Origin: Candidatus Latescibacterota bacterium
Lineage (GTDB): Bacteria; Latescibacterota; UBA2968; UBA8231
Direction of reading: 5' to 3'
Assembly (NCBI GenBank): GCA_965217585.1
Contig: OZ244561.1
Span: 3,072,001 to 3,136,000 of the forward strand
Length of the DNA: 64,000 bases
Shown: positions 19,587 through 29,572 of the stretch, piece by piece
Layout: the number at the start of each line of letters is the position of its first letter
Numbering within the stretch: the stretch's first letter is position 1
Position numbers and translations under genes: made by a program
The notes under the pieces: model-generated
Databases searched by the model: none
The model's input: the letters and a program-made list of their open reading frames with translations, nothing else
What the model was told of the DNA's origin: nothing

Positions 19587-20450
19587 TCAATCGGTCTGGA
19601 TCTTGAACGACTGTACCTCGATATGCTCGTGATCCGATGTCCGCGCTTGCTTTAGGGCGTGCTCGGTCAGCGGCAGGTAGTAATGGGTCTCGGCGTTGGC
19701 TTTGATAAAGCCCTCGGCGTAAGCGCACCCGGCGGCTGTGCCGAAGGCTCCGTCGCTGGTCTCGATCCGCTTGCGCGCATACGCCCCGCCGTAGCCTTGG
19801 CTTTCTAGGCAATCCAGCGCCGCCAGCTTCTTGGCGACCACATCGGTGATGTCGATAAAGACATCGTTGTAGTAGCCGCCCTCCGAATCCCAGACACTGC
19901 GCGGAATCGCCGCAGCCCCGGTGCCGAAATAGAAAACTTGGGCGACCCGATGCGGCGGACGGTTGTCGCCGGGATCCACCCCATTGGCCAGCGCGAGCGC
20001 GTGGAGGACGATTTGACCGCAGATGGCATGGGCGTTGGTCAGCCCGTCGCCCTCCTTGGGAAAGTGAGTCAGCACCACATCTGGCCGCAGTTGGCGCACC
20101 AGCCGCGCTAGGCGGCGCACGGCTTCTTCGGTAACTTGCAACACCGCGTCGTCGGCTCCAAAAAAGTGGATTTCCTCGACGCCGAGTAGGGCACAGGCCC
20201 GCCGCACCTCGTCGGCTTTGACGTCGGCGCGCTCGGCCATCAGCGCCGTTAGTTGGTCGGCTTGCGGGACTTCGGCCCGGTGGAACATCTCGTCGCTGAT
20301 CACCTTGTCGTGGACCCTCGCGCCGTGCGTGAGCACCACGCAGCCGACCCAGTCGCCACGGGCGACGTGATGGGCCATGGTGCCGCCCGACTGGTCGAAG
20401 ATGTCGGCTGGATGTGCGCCGATGGACAATAACCGCAGATTATCGCTCAT
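19587..20450 (-). CDS. PIG-L/LmbE-family protein, GalB (4-oxalomesaconate hydratase)-like
   Basis: GAHPAD (not HPDD), RPDVVLTH, IDITDV..KK, YAEGF. Confidence 0.75.
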   Translation of the reverse strand: MSDNLRLLSIGAHPADIFDQSGGTMAHHVARGDWVGCVVLTHGARVHDKVISDEMFHRAEVPQADQLTALMAERADVKADEVRRACALLGVEEIHFFGADDAVLQVTEEAVRRLARLVRQLRPDVVLTHFPKEGDGLTNAHAICGQIVLHALALANGVDPGDNRPPHRVAQVFYFGTGAAAIPRSVWDSEGGYYNDVFIDITDVVAKKLAALDCLESQGYGGAYARKRIETSDGAFGTAAGCAYAEGFIKANAETHYYLPLTEHALKQARTSDHEHIEVQSFKIQTD

Positions 20451-20479
20451 AAAGAAGTTCTCCTTTCGTAGGGATGTCC

Positions 20480-21127
20480 CTATTTGAACAGGCTCTTGCG
20501 GCCTATCCTGCTGCACAAAGGGCACTCGGCCGGCTGGTGCCCGCGCGCCGGGCAATGCTCGCGGCCAAAGTAGATGATTTGTAGGTGCAGGTCGTTCCAA
20601 CTCGCCTGGGGGAAGAGGCGCTTGCAGTCCCGTTCCGTTTGCTCGACGCTCTTGCCGTTGGATAGCCCCCAGCGGTAGATCAGCCGATGGATGTGGGTAT
20701 CCACTGGAAAGGTCGGCACGCCGAAATTCTGCGCGAGAACTACTTGCGCGGTTTTGTGCCCCACCCCAGGCAGGCGCTCGAGTGCGGCCAGATCGGGCGG
20801 GACTTGGCCGCCGTGTTCGGCGAGCAGGATTTGCGACAGCTCCCAGATGGCCTTGGACTTGCGCGGGGCCAGTCCGCAAGGGTGAATGATCTGTTCGATC
20901 TCTTCCACGGCTAGCTCGACCATGCGCTCGGGCCGGTCGGCGCGGGCAAAGAGCGCGGGCGTTACTTGGTTGACGCGCGCATCCGTGCATTGCGCCGAAA
21001 GCAACACGGCAATGAGATGCGTGTAAGGGTCTCGACGCTTGAGCGGGACTGCGGGATTGGGATAGAGCCGCTGGAGTACGTCGAGGACGATCGGAACTTT
21101 GGCCGTGGTTGTTAGTGTCGCACTCAC
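20480..21127 (-). CDS. nth: Endonuclease III
   Basis: LLSAQCTD, HhH LPGVGHKTA, VDTH, C-terminal Cys cluster. Confidence 0.92.
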   Translation of the reverse strand: MSATLTTTAKVPIVLDVLQRLYPNPAVPLKRRDPYTHLIAVLLSAQCTDARVNQVTPALFARADRPERMVELAVEEIEQIIHPCGLAPRKSKAIWELSQILLAEHGGQVPPDLAALERLPGVGHKTAQVVLAQNFGVPTFPVDTHIHRLIYRWGLSNGKSVEQTERDCKRLFPQASWNDLHLQIIYFGREHCPARGHQPAECPLCSRIGRKSLFK

Positions 21128-22251
21128 TGGTCTCTGGCCGCCCACTGCTTTTTCATCTGCTCCATTTCCGCGTTGGGGCGAATTTTCCTACTGGTGATTT
21201 GATTCTCCGAATCGTAGAGCCAGCGGCCTTGGTCGTCGCGGAGGACGGGCATGCGCTGGGCAACGGCGGGAGGTGTGGCCACGCGGGTGGGTTCGGCCGC
21301 GTACCAGTAGGCGACGCTGCTCATCTCGTTGCAGAGGTGATTGCCGTGGCCGTGTTCGATGGTGGCCTTGATTTCCCGCTGGAAATGGACGGGGTTTTCG
21401 AGGTGGTGGACGTACGAGGTCTGGTAGCCGTTGGTGTTGTTTTCGTGGATGGAGGAGCCGTTGCGCAAAAAGGCGTTGTCCTGCATACCCCACGCTTGGT
21501 TGAGATAATCTTCACTGCCGGTGCCGTGCAGTTCGGGGGGCCACTTGTAGCCATCGACCCAGATCATGTCGTCGCCCTCGCCCCACCAAGTGCCCTGGAA
21601 ATTGGTGACGCTGATGTTGCAGCCGATGTAATGGCCGCGGCCTTGGGTCTCCAAGATGACGTAGTTGTTGTCCCAAGCAGTCTGTTCCTTGTTGACGATG
21701 TTGGCCTCCGGCGCGTTGACGCGGATCTCGTGGCCCCAGCCGCCAAAGGGGTTTTCGCGGCGGAACTCCGCGTGGAAATATCCGGCCTCGCTCGGCACGT
21801 CGCTGGTCTCGTAATCGACGTAGAAGTACTGGCGGTGCCGTTCGCTGCTCTCGTTGACCAGCTCGACGACGGCCCGCTGGCGGAAGGGCATTTGCGCGTA
21901 GGCGTTGAGGGCGCAGCCGGTATTAAAAACATTGTTGCTGCGCGTCGAGGCGGAAAAGAGCAGGGACTGGTAGGAGTTGACGATGCCGTGGCCGAGGCCG
22001 AAGAAATCGCCCAAAGGGCAGACCACGCTGGGGAAATCTGCGTCGTCGTAGGTGATTTTGAGCAAGCACTCTCGGTAGTGGTTGGCCTGGGTCAGCCAGA
22101 GGTGGGTGATGCGGCCGGGGCCTTTGAGGTCGGCGAGGATTGCGCTCTCGCCGGGTTCGATCCACCAAGCGTCGCTGTTGCGGCCGGTTTCGTCCCAGGA
22201 CGAGGCGCGCCCGGTCTGGGCGTTGCGGATATAGGCGAGTTGGTCGAGCAT
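21124..22251 (-). CDS. DUF2961 / glycoside hydrolase family 172 protein
   Basis: GPGRITHLW, PLGDFFG, WWGEGDD, GTGSEDY, IEHGHGN. Confidence 0.88.
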   Translation of the reverse strand: MLDQLAYIRNAQTGRASSWDETGRNSDAWWIEPGESAILADLKGPGRITHLWLTQANHYRECLLKITYDDADFPSVVCPLGDFFGLGHGIVNSYQSLLFSASTRSNNVFNTGCALNAYAQMPFRQRAVVELVNESSERHRQYFYVDYETSDVPSEAGYFHAEFRRENPFGGWGHEIRVNAPEANIVNKEQTAWDNNYVILETQGRGHYIGCNISVTNFQGTWWGEGDDMIWVDGYKWPPELHGTGSEDYLNQAWGMQDNAFLRNGSSIHENNTNGYQTSYVHHLENPVHFQREIKATIEHGHGNHLCNEMSSVAYWYAAEPTRVATPPAVAQRMPVLRDDQGRWLYDSENQITSRKIRPNAEMEQMKKQWAARDQ

Positions 22252-22326
22252 GGCGTTCTCCTGAATGTACGTGTATTGGTGAGTTATCCGCAGATGGGCG
22301 CAGATGTAAAATTTTAAGAGGGTCTC

Positions 22327-23541
22327 TTAGGCTTTTACTTTTCCGGCTTGTTGCACCTGTTCATAAATCCGCGCGAATTCTTCCGAGCCGTCGTCGTTCC
22401 AGACCTCGGTGCGCACGCCGCGCACATTGCCCTCGACAAATCCGGTCAGCCGCTCGACCCCCGGGATGCTCGGGGTGTAGTACGTGGTGCCGCCGGGCAG
22501 GTGCAAGACGCCGACGTGGCGCGGCAGCTCGCTCTTGGGCCGCGCGGCTAGTTCTGCCAATATCTGCTCATCTACTTCCACGCCCAGCCCTGGTCCTTCG
22601 GGTACCGGCGTGCTGCCCTCGCTGACTTCGAGGCGGCCTCCGGTTACATCCTCTGCGTACTGGTCGTCGAGGTTGGTCGAATGCGAGACATTGGGAATGA
22701 CCGCGCCCAAGTGCATGGCCATGGCTTTGCACAGGGTGCCGCCGGTGAGCTGGACCACGGTTGAAAGGCCGGCGGCCGCCGCGGCCAAGCCCCGGCGAAT
22801 GGAGTGGCCAATGCCCATTTCGCCGATCATGTAGAGATCGGCCACATCCCGCTGAATCTCCGGTCCGCCCCCAAGCTGCGGCACATGCATCAAGAGTGGT
22901 AGGCAGGTCTTTGAACGCAACAGACGCCAGCCCTCGATGTCATAGGGATAGAGCGGATCTTCCAAGAAGCCGACGACCGGAAATTTTTCCAGCTCATCGA
23001 CGATGCGCAGCACGGCCGTAGAGGGCCGATTGTGGTTGAAGTCCCAGTGGACCTTAAAGCCGGGCGGGGCGACCTCTTGGGCGGCGCGCGTCTGTTCGAT
23101 CACGTCGTGCTGTTCGGCTGAATGCATCTTGAAGAGGGTGTAGCCCTCTTGGGCGGCGCGCTGGATTTCGCGGGCAAAGTCCTCGGGGGCCGCCGGCCGG
23201 GTCCACGCCGCCACTGGCACGCGGTCGCGGACCTTTTGGCCCAACAGCTTGTACGCCGGCTCTTCGATGGCCTTGCCCATAGCGTCGTACAGCGCGCCCA
23301 TCAGGCCGGTGCTAAGCGCACCAGCTACATAGTTGAACGGCGATTGATCGATCATGCCCGCGATTTGCCCTTCGGAGAGCGAGGTGTGGCCGCGCTCGTC
23401 GCCGTAGCCGACGACGCCGTTGTCGAGGGTTACGCGGAAGACGGTCTGGGTGTCGATGCCGGAGAAGCGGACCTCGTGACCCTGATAGCGGTCACAGAGG
23501 CGCGGGTTGAGGTGGAAGAATTCGACGTTGGTGATTTTCAT
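22327..23541 (-). CDS. Mandelate racemase/muconate lactonizing enzyme family protein
   Basis: KITNVE, LLGQKVRDRVP, PEGPGLGVEVDE. Confidence 0.85.
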   Translation of the reverse strand: MKITNVEFFHLNPRLCDRYQGHEVRFSGIDTQTVFRVTLDNGVVGYGDERGHTSLSEGQIAGMIDQSPFNYVAGALSTGLMGALYDAMGKAIEEPAYKLLGQKVRDRVPVAAWTRPAAPEDFAREIQRAAQEGYTLFKMHSAEQHDVIEQTRAAQEVAPPGFKVHWDFNHNRPSTAVLRIVDELEKFPVVGFLEDPLYPYDIEGWRLLRSKTCLPLLMHVPQLGGGPEIQRDVADLYMIGEMGIGHSIRRGLAAAAAGLSTVVQLTGGTLCKAMAMHLGAVIPNVSHSTNLDDQYAEDVTGGRLEVSEGSTPVPEGPGLGVEVDEQILAELAARPKSELPRHVGVLHLPGGTTYYTPSIPGVERLTGFVEGNVRGVRTEVWNDDGSEEFARIYEQVQQAGKVKA

Positions 23542-23574
23542 GGCGATCTCTCTAAGTTGAGGGGGATGGGGGTC

Positions 23575-24957
23575 TCAGATGCGCAGGACTTTACCGGGGT
23601 TCATAAGGTGGTCTGGGTCGAGTGCTTTTTTGATGCGGCGCATGATCTCGACGCCTGGGCCGCACTCGGCTTCAAGCGCGTCGAGCTTGCCCAAGCCGAT
23701 GCCGTGTTCGCCGGTGCAGGTTCCCCCGGCTTGGAGTGCCCACTCGACGATCTGCTCGCCCAGCCGCTGCACCTGCGCTAGTTCCTCGGCGTTGCCTGGC
23801 TCGATGAGGCAGACGACGTGGAAGTTGCCGTCGCCGACATGGCCGAAGAGCGGAGCGGGAAAGTCGAGGCCGGCCAGCGCGGCTCTCGTCTGGTGGATGC
23901 AGCGAGCGAGGGCCGTAATCGGCACGCAGACATCGGTTACATAGCCCACCGAGCCGGGGCGGAGCGCACGCGAGGCGTAATAGGCATCGTAGCGCGCCTG
24001 CCACAAGCGGTCGCGCTCACCCGCGGCGGTGGCCCAGCGGAAGGGACCGCCGCCCCGCCGGGCCACGGCCGCTCCGGCGGTTTCAGCTTGTTCGACAACC
24101 CCTTTTCCCGAGCCGTGAAATTCAAAAAAGAGCGTTGGTGCCACTTCGTAGTCAAGGCCCGCGTATTGGTTGCAGGCCTGCATTTGCACTTCGTCGAGCA
24201 ATTCGAGCCGCGCGACGGGGATCCCCGCGCTCAAGACGTCGATGGCCGCGGCGACGGCCGTGTCGAGGTCGGCAAAGGGGCAGACTGCCGCGGAGATGGC
24301 CGCCGGTAGCTTGGCTAGGCGCAAGGTCACTTCGGTGATGAGGGCCAGCGTGCCTTCGGTGCCGACTAGCAGGGCGGTCAGGTCGTAGCCTGCCGAGGAT
24401 TTGCGTGCCCGACCCCCGACTTCGACGACTGTGCCGTCGGCGAAGACGGCCTTGAGGCCCAAGACATTGTCGCGCATGGTGCCATAGCCAACTGCGGCGC
24501 TACCAGAGGCGCGGGTGGCGGCCATGCCGCCCAAGGAGGCGTTGGCTCCGGGATCAACCGGGAAGTGCAGGCCGGTGTCTTGTGCCCGGAGATGTTCGTT
24601 GAGCTGCTGGCGAGTGACGCCGGCTTCGACCGTGGCGTCCATGTCGGCCGCACTGACGCGGAGGATGCGGTTCATGCGCGAGAGATCGACGCAAAGGCCG
24701 CCGCGCACGGCAACGATGCCGCCTTCGACGGCCGTGCCGGTGCCAAAGGGCACGATCGGCACTTGGTGCGCGGTGCATATCCGGGCGATGTGGGCTACTT
24801 CTTCGACGCTTGCGGGAAAGGCTACGGCCTGTGGCGGTTGCGGGGCGTGGTAGGAAGCGTCGGCGGCGTGTGCGCGGCGCACCTCAGAGGTTGCATTCAG
24901 GCGTGGGCCGAGGAGAGCGGCCAGTGCCGACAGGGCTTGGGGGGCTATGGAGTTCAT
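23575..24957 (-). CDS. FAD-linked oxidase, D-lactate dehydrogenase/GlcD-like
   Basis: GHVGDGNFH, GEHGIGLGK, DPDHLMNPGK. Confidence 0.9.
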   Translation of the reverse strand: MNSIAPQALSALAALLGPRLNATSEVRRAHAADASYHAPQPPQAVAFPASVEEVAHIARICTAHQVPIVPFGTGTAVEGGIVAVRGGLCVDLSRMNRILRVSAADMDATVEAGVTRQQLNEHLRAQDTGLHFPVDPGANASLGGMAATRASGSAAVGYGTMRDNVLGLKAVFADGTVVEVGGRARKSSAGYDLTALLVGTEGTLALITEVTLRLAKLPAAISAAVCPFADLDTAVAAAIDVLSAGIPVARLELLDEVQMQACNQYAGLDYEVAPTLFFEFHGSGKGVVEQAETAGAAVARRGGGPFRWATAAGERDRLWQARYDAYYASRALRPGSVGYVTDVCVPITALARCIHQTRAALAGLDFPAPLFGHVGDGNFHVVCLIEPGNAEELAQVQRLGEQIVEWALQAGGTCTGEHGIGLGKLDALEAECGPGVEIMRRIKKALDPDHLMNPGKVLRI

Positions 24958-25061
24958 GGGCGGGTAATATGTCCAATGGCTAGAAGGTCGTCAAAGAAGT
25001 CGATCATCAAATACTCAGGTGAGTGAGACGCATCGACTATGGGCAGAAGAATAGCTCTTGA

Positions 25062-25112
25062 CAAACTGTTCACTATTTGCGAATTCGGCATAGGAGGGAA
25101 GTCTATGGCTGA
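25062..25112 (+). pseudogene. Vestigial 3' end of a RelE/HigB-type toxin
   Basis: Frame reads QTVHYLRIRHRREVYG* and overlaps the antitoxin ATG. HRREVY is the typical RelE C-terminus. A stop lies immediately upstream. Confidence 0.5.
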
Positions 25113-25443
25113 CACTGGAACCATTATCTTGCCGCGGGCGGAATACGATGCCCTGATCGCCCGCAATGAAGAGCTTGAAGACAGGCTGGCTGCTATCGAT
25201 GCGGACGACGGCAGCCGCATCCCCCACGACGTGGCTCTTGCCATCATGCGCGGCGGGAATCCTGTGGCCGCATTTCGCAATCATCTCGGCGTTACGCTGC
25301 GCGACTTGGCCGGAAGGACGGGGGTCACCGCGAGCTACCTGTCCGAGATCGAGCGCGGGCTCAAGCCAGGCTCTGCGGCAACGCTGTCTCGGATCGCCCA
25401 TGCGCTTGGCACGACGATCGATACTTTGGTGGCCGAGCCGTGA
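25105..25443 (+). CDS. XRE-family HTH protein, HigA-like antitoxin
   Basis: VTLRDLAGRTGVTASYLSEIERG; AGGAGG RBS. Confidence 0.82.
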   Translation: MADTGTIILPRAEYDALIARNEELEDRLAAIDADDGSRIPHDVALAIMRGGNPVAAFRNHLGVTLRDLAGRTGVTASYLSEIERGLKPGSAATLSRIAHALGTTIDTLVAEP

Positions 25444-25488
25444 TCTACTGCGACAATACCCACTCATAGTCCCTCTAGGAGGAATCTT

Positions 25489-25566
25489 GTGAAAGTCGTC
25501 GATGTCGGACGCATACTGGTCGAAGTGCCCTTCACGCTATCGTTTCCTTCTGTAGCTCACCTCTAA
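25489..25566 (+). pseudogene. 5' remnant of an enolase-superfamily gene
   Basis: AGGAGG RBS, then GTG and MKVVDVGRILVEVPFT; stops after 25 aa. Confidence 0.45.
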
Positions 25567-25582
25567 CCGGAGCCTAAACCAC

Positions 25583-25957
25583 ATGTCGCATCCTCTTCTC
25601 AGCGCCGCCGAGAGTCGCCAGAACCGCGTAGATGAATCGTGGGGTCATCTGACTTGGTTGGCGGGTCGTCCGCAGGGCAATGTCGAGGGTCTCACCTTGG
25701 GCCGCGTCGTCCTCAAAGCCGGCCACGCCAACCCGCGCCACGCCCACCCCAATTGCGAAGAAGTGCTCTATCTGCTCGCTGGCCGCGTAGAGCACAGCCT
25801 AGGCGACCAGTCTTTCACTTTAGAAGCTGGCGATACCCTCGCCATCCCGGCCGGCGTCTTTCACAATGGCATTAGCCTCGGCCCCGAGGACGCGGATATG
25901 ATCGTAGCCTACTCGGAAGGGGACCGCCAATTCGTCTTGGAAGGGGACCGCTCGTGA
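25583..25957 (+). CDS. Cupin domain protein
   Basis: HAHPNCEE...IPAGVFH metal-binding motifs. Confidence 0.88.
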   Translation: MSHPLLSAAESRQNRVDESWGHLTWLAGRPQGNVEGLTLGRVVLKAGHANPRHAHPNCEEVLYLLAGRVEHSLGDQSFTLEAGDTLAIPAGVFHNGISLGPEDADMIVAYSEGDRQFVLEGDRS

Positions 25958-27948
25958 CCCGCAATGGCTATCAGCACATGGTGCTCGAATACTACGTCGG
26001 TCGCCTGCGGGAGCTACGCGCGGACCGTCGCCAGCGCCTCACCGATATCCGCACTCGCGGCCAAGCTATCGAGTATCAACGTCACGTGCGCCAGACCATT
26101 GCCAAAGCCTTCCGTCCCCGTCCTCGCCGCACGCTCCTCAACGTTCAGATTACTGGCACGGTGCAGCAGCAGGGGTATCGCATTGAAAAGCTCCTCTACG
26201 CCAGCCGGCCCGGATGCTTGGTCACGGGACATCTCTACATACCCGATAAGTTGACCGGCCCGGCTCCCGGCGTCATTGGTACCTGCGGCCACAGCGACAA
26301 CGGCAAAAACGACGAACTTTATCAGGCTTTTTGCCAACGCCTCGCCCGGGCTGGTTTTGTGGTGCTGATTTACGATCCTTTCAACCAAGGCGAACGCGAC
26401 CAATACTGGAAGCTGAGCGACAAAAGCGCCGTGGCCAACTGCTGCCACGCCCACAATATGATGGGCAAACAGCTCGAATTGGTGGGTGAGTGGTTCGGCG
26501 CTTGGCGCGCTTGGGACGGCATCCGCGCCCTCGACTACCTGCTCAGCCGCCCGGAAGTCGATTCCGCCCGCGTCGGACTGACGGGCAATTCGGGCGGTGG
26601 CACCATGACCACTTGGCTGTGGGCGATAGAAAATCGCTTCACCATGGCCGCCCCGAGTTGCTTTGTAACGACCTTCCTGTCCAACCTCGAAAACGAATTG
26701 CCGGCCGACTGCGAGCAATATCCCCCCGGCGTCATCGGCGCTGGTTTGGAACTGGCCGACTTTTGCATCGCCCGCGCCCCCGAGCCGGTTCTGTTGCTGG
26801 GACAGAACTACGATTTCTTCGACCGGCGGGGTTTGCGGGAGGCCCACGAGGAAGTGCGCCGCTTTTACGACCTGTTGGGTGCGCCCCAAGAAGACGCCCA
26901 GCTCTTCATCGGCCCGGAGGGACACGGTTTTTCGCGGCACAACCAAGAAGCCATGGTGGACTTTTTCGCCCAACACGCTGGTTTGCCGCAGCCGCGCAAA
27001 ATTCGCCGTCCTGCTGCCTTGACCGAAGATCAGCTCAATGTCACGCCTCGCGGCAATACGGTCGCTGCTGGCGCGGTTCCCATCTACGATCTGACCGCGG
27101 CTACGGCCTGCCGCTTGGAGCAAAAGCGCACCAAGTTGGACAAAGCCCGGCTGGTGCAGCGCCTAACCGCCCGCCTCCAGTTGTCCCGTAAGCGCTCTCT
27201 GCCTCATTACCGGGTGCTGCGCCCCGCTCACTTGGACGGCCAAACGCTAGCTCGGTACGGGGTCGAGACCGAAGACGGCATCCAGGCTCTACTCTACAAA
27301 TGCCTAGCCGCTCCGCCGCGTCCCTACAGCCTCGACGTGGAAGGGGAAGTGCATCTCTACTTGCCTCACGTGGCTGTGGAGGACGACTTGCAGGACGATG
27401 ACTTGACCATTGCTCTGCGCCGACAGCACCCGCTCTACGCTCTCGATGTACGCGGCCTAGGCGAATCGATTCCTACTCCCGCAAAAGAGGCTTTTTTCCA
27501 TCCCTACGGCATGGACTACATGTTCCACGGCCACGGTCTTTTGCTGGGGCAGAGCTATCTGGGTCGTCGCCTGCACGACGTATTGAGTGTGCTCGATCTG
27601 CTCGTCGCGGCCGGTGCCCGCCGGGTGCGTCTATACGGTCGCGGGCAAGGTGCCTTGCTCGCCCTGTACGCGGCTTTGTTGCACGATAACGTCGCCTCGA
27701 CGACCCTGAAGAACGCCCCGCTTTCCTACCAAGAGTGGACTCAGGCGCCGCTGGTGGCATGGCCGGCCGCTTGCTTCATCCCCGGCGTGCTGGCCGATTT
27801 CGACCTGCCCGACTGCCTGCGCGCCTTGGGCAGCAAAGTTCGTTTAGTACAGCCGTGGGGCCCCGACATGCAGCCCGTACCGAGTCACCGTCTGCGTGCC
27901 CAACTGAAAGAATTGGGGTTGACCAAAATACGTCTGGACAAAGCCTAA
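25954..27948 (+). CDS. Alpha/beta hydrolase, acetylxylan esterase-like, two domains
   Basis: CGHS, QGER, GNSGGG nucleophile motif. Confidence 0.8.
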   Translation: MTRNGYQHMVLEYYVGRLRELRADRRQRLTDIRTRGQAIEYQRHVRQTIAKAFRPRPRRTLLNVQITGTVQQQGYRIEKLLYASRPGCLVTGHLYIPDKLTGPAPGVIGTCGHSDNGKNDELYQAFCQRLARAGFVVLIYDPFNQGERDQYWKLSDKSAVANCCHAHNMMGKQLELVGEWFGAWRAWDGIRALDYLLSRPEVDSARVGLTGNSGGGTMTTWLWAIENRFTMAAPSCFVTTFLSNLENELPADCEQYPPGVIGAGLELADFCIARAPEPVLLLGQNYDFFDRRGLREAHEEVRRFYDLLGAPQEDAQLFIGPEGHGFSRHNQEAMVDFFAQHAGLPQPRKIRRPAALTEDQLNVTPRGNTVAAGAVPIYDLTAATACRLEQKRTKLDKARLVQRLTARLQLSRKRSLPHYRVLRPAHLDGQTLARYGVETEDGIQALLYKCLAAPPRPYSLDVEGEVHLYLPHVAVEDDLQDDDLTIALRRQHPLYALDVRGLGESIPTPAKEAFFHPYGMDYMFHGHGLLLGQSYLGRRLHDVLSVLDLLVAAGARRVRLYGRGQGALLALYAALLHDNVASTTLKNAPLSYQEWTQAPLVAWPAACFIPGVLADFDLPDCLRALGSKVRLVQPWGPDMQPVPSHRLRAQLKELGLTKIRLDKA

Positions 27949-27960
27949 CTGCGCACTGCG

Positions 27961-28683
27961 ATGGACGCCTACACCCAAGCCGACCTACAGCGCCATTTAG
28001 AAACCCTCGGCGTCGAAGCGGGGGATACGCTCTTTATTCATTCCTCGTTCAAAAGCTTGGGGGCTGTCGCTGAAGGAGCGCAGACTGTGGTTGATGCCCT
28101 CCAAGCGGCGGTCGGCCCCGACGGGCTTATCCTGATGCCCTCGTTTCATCTGATAGAGCGGAGCGAACGAGCGTGCCGCTGGGACTGGGCCACTACTCCC
28201 TCGACCGTGGGCTGGCTGAGCGAATTCTTTCGCCGCCTACCCGACACCTACCGTTCGGACCACTACTCCCACGCGGTGGCGGCCCGAGGGCGAGGGGCCG
28301 AGGATTTTGTCGCGGATCACCTACGCCAGGAAGGTCATACTTCGCCGTGGGATTTGGCTCCTTGGGGACGGACCTACGGCACCCACTCGCCCATGTTCCG
28401 CGCCTATCGACGCGGCGGCAAAATCCTAATGCTGGGCGTTGATTACCAAACGTCCACCTATATCCATCTGGTCGAAGTGCTCTACTGGCATCACCTGCGT
28501 CGAACCGATCTCCATGCTTATCCCGCCCTGGACCGTCCGCGTCTGGGCACCTATTGGGACGCTACCGGTCCGCTGACACGGGGGCTCGTCGGTGCATCCC
28601 CGTGCCGGCTTTTTGCCATAGACGCCTATGTCGATACCCTGCTGGCCGAGGTCGTGGCAAACCCCGAGCGCTACTTGGCCTGA
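27961..28683 (+). CDS. AAC(3)-family N-acetyltransferase
   Basis: LGVEAGDTLFIHSS, RSDHYSHAVAARG, TYIHLVE. Confidence 0.85.
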   Translation: MDAYTQADLQRHLETLGVEAGDTLFIHSSFKSLGAVAEGAQTVVDALQAAVGPDGLILMPSFHLIERSERACRWDWATTPSTVGWLSEFFRRLPDTYRSDHYSHAVAARGRGAEDFVADHLRQEGHTSPWDLAPWGRTYGTHSPMFRAYRRGGKILMLGVDYQTSTYIHLVEVLYWHHLRRTDLHAYPALDRPRLGTYWDATGPLTRGLVGASPCRLFAIDAYVDTLLAEVVANPERYLA

Positions 28684-28698
28684 TTCTAACCGCCGCGA

Positions 28699-29490
28699 TC
28701 AGACCCGCATCCGCAGCATGGGTCGGCCAAAAGATACTTCGAGGAATTGCCCGGTGTGCGCCGAGCGCGTGCCAGGGGGCATGAAGTGGATGACAAAGGC
28801 GCGGCGCTGGTGATCGGTTTGGTTTGGTGGGGTGTAGTGGAGGGTTTGGCAGTGGTGGAAGAGCGCGCCGCCCGCGGGCAGGTCTATGACCGCGGCTTGG
28901 GTTGCATCGACTTGGTCGCCGTAGTCGAGCAAGGCACTGGTCTGCTCTGAGCGCTCGTGCCCCACGGGTGTCAGGTGCGAGCTGGGCAGCAGGTGCATGG
29001 CACCGTTGGTCACATCGACGTCGTCGAGCGTCATCCAGCAGCTAACCAAATTGGCTGGCATACATTTCCAATAGGCGTTGTCTTGGTGCCAAAAGACGGG
29101 GCCGCCGTGGTGAGCGGGTTTGTAGAGGGCTTGGTCGTGGAAGAGCTGGATGTTAGGGCCGATGAGGTCTTCGGCAATGTCGAGGATGCGGGTGTCGTAG
29201 AGCAGTTGCCGGAAGTGAATGCTGCGCTCGCACATCTGCATGATCTGCAACATCTGCTCGTCGGCGCTGTTCTTTTCGTCGAGGTCGTCGGTGTTGCTGA
29301 TGGACAGGTTGCGGAAGCGCCCGTTCTGGCGCGCCTCGGCAAAGAGCCGGTCGTATTCATCGCGCAGCACGGCGACGAGGTCGTCGTCTAGCAGCTTGCC
29401 GATGATGATGAAGCCGCGGCGACGGAATTGGTCGATTTGCTCTTGGTCCAGTGCTTTGTGGAGCTGGGTAACGGACGGGGCTGTGGTCAT
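28699..29490 (-). CDS. PhyH-family Fe(II)/2OG dioxygenase
   Basis: WHQDN...HCQTLH facial-triad motifs. Confidence 0.88.
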   Translation of the reverse strand: MTTAPSVTQLHKALDQEQIDQFRRRGFIIIGKLLDDDLVAVLRDEYDRLFAEARQNGRFRNLSISNTDDLDEKNSADEQMLQIMQMCERSIHFRQLLYDTRILDIAEDLIGPNIQLFHDQALYKPAHHGGPVFWHQDNAYWKCMPANLVSCWMTLDDVDVTNGAMHLLPSSHLTPVGHERSEQTSALLDYGDQVDATQAAVIDLPAGGALFHHCQTLHYTPPNQTDHQRRAFVIHFMPPGTRSAHTGQFLEVSFGRPMLRMRV

Positions 29491-29572
29491 GTTTATCCTC
29501 CTAGTGAGGCGTGCAAATTAACAAGGGTAGCGACGGATCACAATCGGCTAATAGACCGTTCCGCAACTAGCC

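Noticed and set aside
19587-20990. 467-aa ORF as a PIG-L fusion protein
   Set aside because: The N-terminal extension overlaps nth in another frame. The real start is ATG 20450 after an AAGGAG RBS.
22283-22306. ATCCGCAGATGGGCGCAGAT short repeat
   Set aside because: Looks like a small dispersed intergenic repeat but occurs once here; not enough support.
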